32,000 bases of DNA from Desulfobulbus propionicus DSM 2032 (lineage in GTDB: Bacteria; Desulfobacterota; Desulfobulbia; Desulfobulbales; Desulfobulbaceae), in contig NC_014972.1 in the NCBI RefSeq assembly GCF_000186885.1, positions 3,150,001 to 3,182,000 of the forward strand. Direction: 5' to 3'. A program made the translations under genes and the position numbers. Shown piece by piece: positions 18,952 through 26,584 of the stretch (position 1 is the stretch's first letter; each line of letters begins with the position of its first letter). The notes below the pieces were generated by a model. It was not told the DNA's origin. It was given only the letters and a program-made list of their open reading frames with translations, and made no database searches.

Positions 18952-21900
18952 GCGTTTGCCGTGGTTGACGGGGGAAGCAGACTGTCGCCCTGCCGCAGCA
19001 GGGCATCAAAGCGCTCGGCCGGGACCGGCGGACTGGCCAGATAGCCCTGAATCAGCATGGGACCCATGCCCTGCAGGAAACCCAACTGCTCCGTGGTTTC
19101 CACCCCTTCGGCGACAATGGCCAGATGCAGGGTTTGGGCCAGGGAAACGATGGCCTCGACAATGGCCCGGCTGTCGGCGTCGCTTTCAATGTCGCGGATG
19201 AACGAACGGTCGATCTTGAGCCCGTCCAGAGGCAGGCGCTTCAAATAGGCCAGCGAGGAATAGCCGGTGCCAAAATCGTCCAGGTAGAACTTGCCGCCAA
19301 TGTCCCGCAACGCCCCGAGGATATGCTGGGCCCGGTCGATCTCCTTCATCAGCAACGACTCGGTGATTTCAAAATAGAGCCGGCCCGGTTCCAGCCCGGT
19401 GTCCGCCAGCACCGCCAGGTAGAGTTTGACCAGCTCCTGGTCGGTGAACTGGCGGGACGACAGGTTGATCGACAAGCCCAACCGATACCCCGCATCCTGC
19501 CACGCTCTGGCCCGGCCGGCGGCGGTGCGCAGCACCCATTCGCCCAAGGGAAGGATCAGTCCCGATTCCTCGGCCAGGGGGATGAATTCGCCCGGCGCGA
19601 TCAGCTCGCCTTCGTGCCGCCAGCGTACCAAGGCCTCGGCGCCGTGGATCTTGCCGGACCCGCTGCTCACCACCGGCTGAAAATGCAGTTCCAGCTCCCC
19701 TTGTTCAATGCCCCGGCGCAGCTTCGATTCCAGGGAAATGCGGCGATGGGCCTGGGCATCCAATTCGGGGGTGAAAAACTGGTAATTGTTCCGGCCGAGC
19801 TGTTTGGCCCGGTACATCGCCATGTCGGCATTCTTGATCAGCGTGTCGGCGTCGGTGCCGTCGTCGGGCGCGATGGTCACTCCGATACTCGCGCCGATGA
19901 AATATTCAATATCCTGATGGTGAAACGGTTGCCGCAGACTGTTCAGCAGGCGCAGGGCAACAAGACCGACGTCATCGACGCTGTCGACCTCCGGCAACAG
20001 AATGAGGAATTCGTCGCCTCCCTGGCGCGCCAGGGTATCGCCGATCCGCAGCTGCTCCTTGAGCCGCCTGGACAGTTCCACCAGCAGGTTGTCGCCGGCC
20101 ACATGGCCAAACCCGTCATTGATGTTTTTAAAATGGTCGAGGTCGAGAAACAGCAGGGCCGCCTTGACGCTCTTGCGCTTCATTCGAGCCAACGCCATCG
20201 CCAACCGGTCATTGAGCAGCACCCGGTTGGGCAGATTGGTGAGGGCGTCGTGCTGGGCCTGATGTTCCAGAGCCTCCTGCTGCCGCTTTAATTCGGTGAT
20301 GTCGTGAAACAGGCCAATGTAGTGGGTGACCCTGCCCAGCGGATTGCGGATGGCGCTGATGGTCAGCCATTCCGGATAGACCTCGCCGTTCTTGCGCCGG
20401 TTCCAGAGCTCGCCGGCCCATTGCCCCTCCCTGGCCAACTGGTTCCACATGGCCTGGTAGAATGCGGGCAAATGCTTGTCCGACTTGAGCATTCTCGGAT
20501 TCTGGCCGATCGCCTCCGCCGGTCCATACCCGGTGATCACGGTAAAAGCCGGGTTCACCTGCAAAATGGTGGCGTCGGCATCGGTGACCACGATCCCTTC
20601 AATGGAGTTGTCAAACACCTTGGCCGCGAAGACCAGTTCCTCCTCGGCCTGTTTGCGTTTGGTGATGTCCCGGATCACGGCAAGGTTGTGACGGCGCTCC
20701 TGGTCGCCGCTCCAGAGCGGAGAAACCGATATCAACACCCACACGATGGAGCCGTTCTTGTGGATGTAGCGTTTTTCCACGGTGAACTCGGGAATCCTGC
20801 CGGCCACCAAGTCCCGCCGCTGCTGCCGATCGAGCAGAATATCCTCCGGATAGGTAATGTCGCGGAAAGATCGCTCCAGCATCTCTTGCTCGCTGTAGCC
20901 AACAATGTCGCAGTATTTGCGATTGATCCTGAGGAAACGGCCTGTCCGAGCGTCGACCTGGGCCACGCCGACGCTGGCCAGCTCGAAAAAGGCGCGGAAA
21001 CTGCGCTCGCTGGCGGCCAGGGCCGCGGTCCGTTTTTGCACCTCGTGCGCCAGCCGGGCATTGAAGAACAACAGCAAGACGCCAACCCCCATGCCCGCCA
21101 GCAGCACCCCGGCCAAAACATAGAGGGCCAGCCGGATCAGGCGCTGTCTACCAAAGGCCAACTGTTCCTGGATTTGGGGATAGAGAAAGCCATCAAGGCT
21201 GTAGCCGGGCGGCATCATGCCCAATTGCGCGTAGGTATCGGCGATAAGCCGCCACCGTTCCGGATTCATATAGCCGATCCCAAAGAGTTCGGGCTGAATC
21301 AAGGACCGGATCATGTTGGCCTCGAACAGCAGGTGCTCCACGGTCTTTTCCCGTGAATACCGATCGACGATCAGTTGCGCCATTTCTTCCGGATGGGCCA
21401 TCGCATACTGCCACCCCCGCTGCACCGCCCGGAAAAAGGCCTCGGTTCGCTTGGGATGCGCCCTCAGTTCAGCCTCGGTGGTCACCAGGCAATCGCCGTA
21501 AAAATCGATCCCGTATTGCATGGGTTTGAGGAGCGCGGGTTCTACGCCCCGTTGTCGCAGCAGATAGGGTTCGTTGGTCAGATAGCCGGTCTGCGCGTCC
21601 ACCCTGCCCGAAATCAGATCATCCAGGTCCCAACTGTGAGTCACGATGGTCAGTGTTTCCAGCGGCACGCCGCTGTTGATCAGCATGGCCTGATTTTCCG
21701 GATCGGAATCGGCGGTCAACATCAGCCGTTTTCCTTTCAGGTCCTGCGGGGTCGTGAGGCCGGCCTCTTTTTTGGTCATGATGACCGTGCCCGAATGCTG
21801 AAAGATGGCTCCAAGCACCACCAGGGGACGGCCCTGCTGACGTTCGATCAGAACAGCCGGCGACATCACCGCATACTGCACCTGACCGGAAAGGAGCAGG

Positions 21901-22205
21901 TCGGAGGGCTTCAGGCCGGGCTTGGCCGGCAGCAGTTCGACCTCCAGCCCCGCCTCGCGGAAATAGCCCTGGGCGACCGCCGCGTAGTAGCCGGCGAATT
22001 GAAACTGATGCGTCCACTTCAGCTGCAGGCGCACGCTTTCCAGGGGGCGTTCCCCGGCGCGGACGGGTGCCTGCGAAACAACGAGGGACAGAAAAAGAAA
22101 CAGCAGCATACCGATCAAGCGGCGTGCGGCATGCCGGAAGCACACGCGGAATGCCTGGAGGCGCCATGCCATGGAATGCGGTACCGCTGGAAGGGCTGAA
22201 AACAC
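18924..22205 (-). CDS. periplasmic SBP(NMT1/SsuA-like)-TM-PAS-PAS-GGDEF-EAL signalling protein
   Basis: 1093 aa. The GTG start at 22205 is supported by GGAGG 9 nt upstream. It has a signal/TM segment and an NMT1-like block (LQLKWTHQFQFAGYYAA). The GGDEF motif is intact (ARQGGDEF), with an RxxD I-site (RIGD) 5 residues upstream. EAL (HGAEALVRW) and DDFGTGYSSL are also intact. Confidence 0.93.
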   Translation of the reverse strand: MFSALPAVPHSMAWRLQAFRVCFRHAARRLIGMLLFLFLSLVVSQAPVRAGERPLESVRLQLKWTHQFQFAGYYAAVAQGYFREAGLEVELLPAKPGLKPSDLLLSGQVQYAVMSPAVLIERQQGRPLVVLGAIFQHSGTVIMTKKEAGLTTPQDLKGKRLMLTADSDPENQAMLINSGVPLETLTIVTHSWDLDDLISGRVDAQTGYLTNEPYLLRQRGVEPALLKPMQYGIDFYGDCLVTTEAELRAHPKRTEAFFRAVQRGWQYAMAHPEEMAQLIVDRYSREKTVEHLLFEANMIRSLIQPELFGIGYMNPERWRLIADTYAQLGMMPPGYSLDGFLYPQIQEQLAFGRQRLIRLALYVLAGVLLAGMGVGVLLLFFNARLAHEVQKRTAALAASERSFRAFFELASVGVAQVDARTGRFLRINRKYCDIVGYSEQEMLERSFRDITYPEDILLDRQQRRDLVAGRIPEFTVEKRYIHKNGSIVWVLISVSPLWSGDQERRHNLAVIRDITKRKQAEEELVFAAKVFDNSIEGIVVTDADATILQVNPAFTVITGYGPAEAIGQNPRMLKSDKHLPAFYQAMWNQLAREGQWAGELWNRRKNGEVYPEWLTISAIRNPLGRVTHYIGLFHDITELKRQQEALEHQAQHDALTNLPNRVLLNDRLAMALARMKRKSVKAALLFLDLDHFKNINDGFGHVAGDNLLVELSRRLKEQLRIGDTLARQGGDEFLILLPEVDSVDDVGLVALRLLNSLRQPFHHQDIEYFIGASIGVTIAPDDGTDADTLIKNADMAMYRAKQLGRNNYQFFTPELDAQAHRRISLESKLRRGIEQGELELHFQPVVSSGSGKIHGAEALVRWRHEGELIAPGEFIPLAEESGLILPLGEWVLRTAAGRARAWQDAGYRLGLSINLSSRQFTDQELVKLYLAVLADTGLEPGRLYFEITESLLMKEIDRAQHILGALRDIGGKFYLDDFGTGYSSLAYLKRLPLDGLKIDRSFIRDIESDADSRAIVEAIVSLAQTLHLAIVAEGVETTEQLGFLQGMGPMLIQGYLASPPVPAERFDALLRQGDSLLPPSTTANANGPAPRYP

Positions 22206-22369
22206 GACGGTATACCTCCAGTCATGAATGGGTAAACAGATGCTGGAGCAATGGTAGCAACACGCTTACGCGAACTCAAGGCGAAAGGCGGCGCAGCCTT
22301 TCTTTGTCGTGCGCCGGGAAGAGGGGAGCGGTACCGCAGGGAGGGAACCAGCGCTGTCGGCCGGGCCCC

Positions 22370-22416
22370 ATTGCCGTGGCGCCACCGCACGTTTGGGCGG
22401 CGCCACGGCAATTTTT
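22370..22416 (+). terminator. Terminator-like GC-rich hairpin whose U-tract is on the + strand only (9 nt beyond the MCP stop codon)
   Basis: Perfect 13-bp stem TTGCCGTGGCGCC (22371-22383) / GGCGCCACGGCAA (22399-22411), extendable by the A370:T412 pair, with a 15-nt loop. TTTTT (412-416) follows on the + strand. On the - strand the hairpin is preceded by AAAAA and followed by GGGGCCC. Confidence 0.5.
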
Positions 22417-22419
22417 CGA

Positions 22420-24591
22420 TCAGACCTTGAATCGGCCGACAAGGTCCTGCAGTTTATTGGAAAGGTCCGACAACTCCACGGCACGTTCGTTGATCTTGCC
22501 GATGGAGGCGGAGGCTTCCTGGACCGACTGATTGACGCCGGTGATCTCGCTGGTGATCGAACCAATGACCACCGACCCCTGGCTGACGTTATGATTGACC
22601 TCCTGGATGCCTGCCGAGGTCTGGGAAATGTTATCGGCAATCTCCTGGGTCATGCCGGCCTGCCCCTCGACATCCTCGGCGATCGACGCCACATTTTCGC
22701 TGACATTCTTGAAAATATCCAGGATCTGTCCCACCTCGGAAACCGTTTCATCGGTCGAGGTCTGAATGTTTTCAATCTGTTGCTGCACCAGTTGCGTGGC
22801 CTCGGCGGTCTGCTTGGCCAGATCCTTGACCTCGGAGGCAACAACCGCAAAGCCCTTTCCGGCCTCGCCGGCGCGGGCTGCCTCAATGGTGGCGTTCAAG
22901 GCCAACAGGTTGATCTGATCTGAAATATCGGAAATCACTTCCGTGACCTTGCTGATTTCCGAGGCGCTTTGCCCGAGATTGCCCAGCTTTTCCGACACCT
23001 CGCCTGCCTTGAGGACGGCGGACTCGGATATGGTTCGCGACTCCTCGGTTTTCTTGGCAATTTCCCGCACGGTCAGGGTCAGGTTTTCGGTGGATGCGGA
23101 GACCATGTTGACATTGGTGGCGGCCTGTTCACAGGCCGAAGCGACCCCGCTCATGGTGACATCCATTTCCTCGGTGCTGGTGGCCACCGATCGGGAGCGT
23201 TCGGCCATGGACTCCGCGCCCTCCTTCATTTGCCGGGCGATGCCCGAAAGCGAGGCGGACGCGGTGTTGAGCGAACCGGCGTCATCCACGATCTGTCTAA
23301 TCAGTTCCTGCAGTTTGTCCATGAACAGGTTGAACCAGGTCGCCATTTCGCCGACCTCGTCATTGGCCTTGATATCCAGACGCTTGGTCAAATCCCCTTC
23401 ACCCTCGGCGATGTCCTTGAGCATGTCGACCGTTCCCCGGATGGGCCGGACAACGCCTCCCGCAGCATACCACAAGAGGGCGATGGCGAGCACGCTGGTC
23501 GCCGCGCCGGCACCGATCAGCATCGAGGTGCTTGTCCGGCCGGCGGCCGACAACTCCTTGTCCAGGGCGATGGCATCGGCCAGCACCGTTTCCTGCTTGA
23601 CCCGGATCATGACCGACCAGGGCTTGCCGGTCCGGCCCAGGGTGATGGGGGCGAACACTTCAAATTGCTGGTTTTTCTGGTTGAGCGCGGCGACGCTGTT
23701 GCCTGCCTGGATGTCGCGCAGATTCTGCTCCCATCCCTCGGTAATGACATTGTTCAACGGGCTGCCGATCAGATCCGGCTTTTCGCTATGGGCGACGATC
23801 AGCCCCATGTTGCTGACAATAATGATCTCCCCTTGACCATCAAACAGTTCCCGGTCGACATTCTTGGCCAATTCCTGAACGAAATTGAGGTTATAATCGG
23901 TTCCGGCCACGCCATAGAATTTCTTGTCCACCAGAATCGGCACCGACAGGGTGGTCAGCCACACCTGCTTGCCCTGGACAATGTACGGAAAAGGGTCGAG
24001 CACGCTCTCGGTATGATTTTCGCTGGGATTGATGTACCAGCCGCCCTTGAGCACACCGTTGGGATGTCGATCCCTGGTATCGTATTCCACCAGGGGCTGC
24101 ACGGCGATATTCCCCTTTTCGTCCCGGTTCCAATAGGGGGTGAAACGGCCGGTCTGCTGGTTGTTGCCGTCTTTACCGGTGGCAAACTCGGCATCCCTGC
24201 CATCCAGCGCATTGGGCTCCCAACAGGAGTAGGTGCCGTTGAAATTGGGATTATTCTTTAATACCTTGAGCAAAATGCCGTTGATCTGCTCCCGGCCGAG
24301 TTCCAACCCGCCGTTGTCCTTGGATTTGGCCAGCATGAACACATCGGCCATGGTGCGGGCCGCATCCAGGGCCACGTAAAATTCGGCCTGAATCTTGCCG
24401 CCATAGTCGCGCGCCAAATTTTTCAAGCCATCCAGGGACCTGGTTTCGATCAGCTTGGACACCCGGGTATTGACCAGTTGCTGATTCGAGCGGGCCGTGT
24501 AAAGACTGTAGCCTACGAGCACCGCCGAGGAAACAATCAGGCAGACTCCGGCAATGCCAGCTATTTTCGTGCGTACAGATGTAATGTTCAT
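22420..24591 (-). CDS. methyl-accepting chemotaxis protein with periplasmic dCache-type sensor and HAMP
   Basis: I chose the ATG at 24591 (MNITSVRTKIAGIAGVCLIV...), which has a GGGGGGAGAGA purine tract just upstream. The track ORF extends to 24747. The signalling hairpin is conserved (LLALNATIEAARAGEAGKGFAVVASEVKDLA). Product is 723 aa. Confidence 0.93.
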   Translation of the reverse strand: MNITSVRTKIAGIAGVCLIVSSAVLVGYSLYTARSNQQLVNTRVSKLIETRSLDGLKNLARDYGGKIQAEFYVALDAARTMADVFMLAKSKDNGGLELGREQINGILLKVLKNNPNFNGTYSCWEPNALDGRDAEFATGKDGNNQQTGRFTPYWNRDEKGNIAVQPLVEYDTRDRHPNGVLKGGWYINPSENHTESVLDPFPYIVQGKQVWLTTLSVPILVDKKFYGVAGTDYNLNFVQELAKNVDRELFDGQGEIIIVSNMGLIVAHSEKPDLIGSPLNNVITEGWEQNLRDIQAGNSVAALNQKNQQFEVFAPITLGRTGKPWSVMIRVKQETVLADAIALDKELSAAGRTSTSMLIGAGAATSVLAIALLWYAAGGVVRPIRGTVDMLKDIAEGEGDLTKRLDIKANDEVGEMATWFNLFMDKLQELIRQIVDDAGSLNTASASLSGIARQMKEGAESMAERSRSVATSTEEMDVTMSGVASACEQAATNVNMVSASTENLTLTVREIAKKTEESRTISESAVLKAGEVSEKLGNLGQSASEISKVTEVISDISDQINLLALNATIEAARAGEAGKGFAVVASEVKDLAKQTAEATQLVQQQIENIQTSTDETVSEVGQILDIFKNVSENVASIAEDVEGQAGMTQEIADNISQTSAGIQEVNHNVSQGSVVIGSITSEITGVNQSVQEASASIGKINERAVELSDLSNKLQDLVGRFKV

Positions 24592-24817
24592 TCTCTCCCC
24601 CCTTATTGTGTATATCTGGTGATTGCACGGTCCAAAAACGTACAGCCGTATCACGTCCAAGTTATTGCGCCGGCGCCAATATTCCCGGAGCAGCACCCTT
24701 GACCTTATGGACGAGTGCCCCACCCTTTGCCTGGCATGGGGCGGCAATGACCATTTAGCAATTCACATGCCTAATTTTACGTTGTCCAATCAACGTGTTA
24801 CAAGAATGAAAATTATC

Positions 24818-24842
24818 GAGCCGGGTCATTTTGACCCGGCTC
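24818..24842 (-). other. Orphan stem-loop (10-bp perfect stem) with a U-rich tail on the minus strand; no annotated gene precedes it
   Basis: GAGCCGGGTC (24818-24827) / GACCCGGCTC (24833-24842) with loop ATTTT. On the minus strand it is followed by GATAATTTTCATTCTT. Confidence 0.35.
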
Positions 24843-24865
24843 AATGGCAAAAAGAAAGCGAAAGA

Positions 24866-24879
24866 ATGCGCATGCGCAT
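24866..24879. repeat. 14-bp perfect palindrome ATGCGCATGCGCAT (intergenic)
   Basis: The sequence is self-complementary when checked by hand, and it contains two overlapping copies of the palindromic octamer ATGCGCAT. Confidence 0.6.
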
Positions 24880-24953
24880 CAAAATCACAATAAAATCAAA
24901 CAGATTCAAGAAAGAGCAAACCAAGTGTCACATCGTCTCCGAAAGGATTGCCC

Positions 24954-24968
24954 GGGACAATTTGTCCC
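24954..24968. repeat. 15-bp 7-1-7 palindrome GGGACAA-T-TTGTCCC (intergenic; possible dimeric regulator site)
   Basis: The arms are exact reverse complements. The site lies between the divergently transcribed MCP gene and the Trx/DsbD-core gene. Confidence 0.5.
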
Positions 24969-25233
24969 ACAAAGTGCCACCTCCGGCCGGGTACCCAATC
25001 CGCCCAATGCTGTGTTCGGCATGCGTTCCTGCCACATCGCCCACCAGGAGGTGACAACGGGGCAATCATCGACAGCGCTGGGCAAAATTCTCTTTTGCCG
25101 GGGCAAGAGGTTGTTGCATAACGGATGGAGGGCGTATAGTTTTCGCTGAACACGCCAGGTCGTTGTGACCCTGAAAAAAACGGCGAACCGCTTTCCAGCA
25201 GCCCAGTCCCAACTCTTTCTTCTGCGGGGCGAT

Positions 25234-26460
25234 ATGAACGATACGGCTTTTCTCCAGCTGCCGAACTGGCTGCGGGACATTCTCCACGACCCCTTCCGCA
25301 GAACCCTCTTCCTCGGCCTGATCCTGCTCGGACTCTGGCTTGCCTGGTCCGAGAGTACGGGGCAACGACACCTTGCGCCCCAGGAGCGGCAAATCGCCTT
25401 CTTTTTCCATCCCCAATGCCCCCATTGCCGCGCGCAGAAGGCTTTTATCCCCTATCTCCAGGCCAAATACCCCGAACTCTCCTGGACATCGTATGACACC
25501 TCCAAGCCGGAAAACGTCCGCCTGCTGGCCGAGTTCATGGCCCGCAGCGACCCACCGGCCAGGGGCAGCGGCGTCCCCATGACCTTCATCGGCCCCTATG
25601 CGATCGAAGGATTCGATGCCCCGGAGACCACCGGCGTGCGGCTTGAGCAGGCCATCCGGGCGGTGCTGCACAACGATCCCACTCTGTTTGTGGAACAGAA
25701 TGATCGCGGCGACAGTCGGAAGACCGTCACCCTGCCGCTCTTGGGCACAATCCGCCTGGCCGAGTATTCGCTGCCCGCCCTGGCGATGCTCCTCGGCCTC
25801 GTCGATGGGTTCAACCCCTGCGCCATGTGGGTTTTGGTCTATCTGATCACCCTGATCGTCAGTCTCGGCGACCGCCGCAAGATCTGGCTCCTGGTCGGCA
25901 CCTTTGTGGCCAGTTCGGGGATCCTCTACTTTCTCTTCATGACCGCCTGGCTCAATGTCTTCCTCTTTCTCGGCTACCTGCGCATTCTGACGCTGATCAT
26001 CGGCCTCGGCGCCCTGGGGGCGGGCATCCTCAATATCCGCGAATATGTGCACACCAGGGGGCAGCTCACCTGTGCCGTCGGCGATACCGCCGCCCGGAAA
26101 CGGACCATGCACCGGATCGATCGGATCGTCGATGCGCCGCTGACTTTTTTCACCGTCTTCAGCATCATCGTCCTGGCCTTCATCGTCAACTCGATCGAGT
26201 TTGCCTGTTCGGCGGCCCTGCCGGCCATTTTCACCCATACCCTGGCCCTGCGCCATCTACCAACCATTGAATACTACGGCTATATTCTGCTCTATGATTT
26301 CTTCTTCATGCTTGATGACCTGCTCATTTTCAGCCTGGCGGTCCTGGCCCTGGATACCAGCATCGGCCAACGCTACGCCGGTCATTGCCGGATTGTCGGC
26401 GGGGCGGTGCTGATCGTGTTGGGGTGCGTGATGGCCTTTCGGCCGGAATGGTTGCGTTAG
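25234..26460 (+). CDS. membrane protein: thioredoxin-fold domain (CPHC) fused to a DsbD/CcdA-like transmembrane core
   Basis: I preferred the ATG at 25234 (MNDTAFLQ...), but the GTG at 25165 is also possible. An N-terminal TM helix is followed by FFFHPQCPHCRAQK (CxxC redox motif in a Trx/Grx-like fold). A polytopic region then carries LVDGFNPCAMWVL and IEFACSAALPAIF, the two Cys/Pro motifs typical of DsbD-core/CcdA proteins. Confidence 0.75.
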   Translation: MNDTAFLQLPNWLRDILHDPFRRTLFLGLILLGLWLAWSESTGQRHLAPQERQIAFFFHPQCPHCRAQKAFIPYLQAKYPELSWTSYDTSKPENVRLLAEFMARSDPPARGSGVPMTFIGPYAIEGFDAPETTGVRLEQAIRAVLHNDPTLFVEQNDRGDSRKTVTLPLLGTIRLAEYSLPALAMLLGLVDGFNPCAMWVLVYLITLIVSLGDRRKIWLLVGTFVASSGILYFLFMTAWLNVFLFLGYLRILTLIIGLGALGAGILNIREYVHTRGQLTCAVGDTAARKRTMHRIDRIVDAPLTFFTVFSIIVLAFIVNSIEFACSAALPAIFTHTLALRHLPTIEYYGYILLYDFFFMLDDLLIFSLAVLALDTSIGQRYAGHCRIVGGAVLIVLGCVMAFRPEWLR

Positions 26461-26584
26461 GAAGGAAGACGCAGGGACGATTCGAACGCACCTGGCGGGG
26501 GCGGGGGGCAGGTTTCCCTGCTTTCCGAGGCGATCGCCGTCCTGATTGAGGAAAGAAGCGGACTGAAGAGGCCGTGAGCCCTGG

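Noticed and set aside
22336-22351. Sigma54-like element on the minus strand (TGGTTCCCTCCCTGCG, with GG and GC at the correct 12-nt spacing) about 130 nt upstream of the GGDEF-EAL start.
   Set aside because: Only the GG/GC dinucleotides match. The flanking consensus bases (TGGCAC / TTGCA) are poor, and no enhancer-binding protein gene is nearby. In GC-rich DNA this spacing occurs easily by chance.
22251-22430. 59-aa plus-strand ORF (MVATRLRELKAKGG...) in the MCP/GGDEF-EAL spacer.
   Set aside because: The product is Arg-rich and low-complexity. The GGAG lies only 2 nt from the ATG. The ORF runs through both terminator-like hairpins and into the MCP gene end.
24592-24747. N-terminal extensions offered by the ORF track: MCP to 24747, XDH large subunit to 29194, hypothetical protein from 2499, Trx/DsbD-core gene from 25165.
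   Set aside because: The internal ATGs have purine-rich SD sequences or stop/start coupling, and they yield proper N-termini (a TM helix, or family-typical starts). The extensions are Arg/Pro-rich, and for 29194 the extension would overlap an entire real gene. The 25165 GTG remains a possible alternative start.
24592-25233. Possibility that the lower-GC spacer is a replication origin, a dif site or a c-di-GMP riboswitch.
   Set aside because: I found no DnaA-box-like (TTATCCACA) copies and no dnaA/dnaN context. There is no dif-like 28-mer. The GEMM-I hallmark ACGCAAAGCC / GGCAAACC pair is absent on both strands, including in the MCP 5' UTR.
24844-26460. Possible TGA read-through or selenocysteine recoding. 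ORF 24844-25149 is in the same frame as the Trx/DsbD-core gene and is separated from it only by the TGA at 25147-25149.
   Set aside because: The upstream ORF translation (MAKRKRKNAHAHQNHNK...) looks non-protein-like. The TGA context (SFR-U-TRQ) is not a redox motif. I saw no SECIS-like hairpin immediately downstream. A promoter-like TTGTTG-N18-TATAGT lies inside the ORF. Frame coincidence has a 1 in 3 chance.
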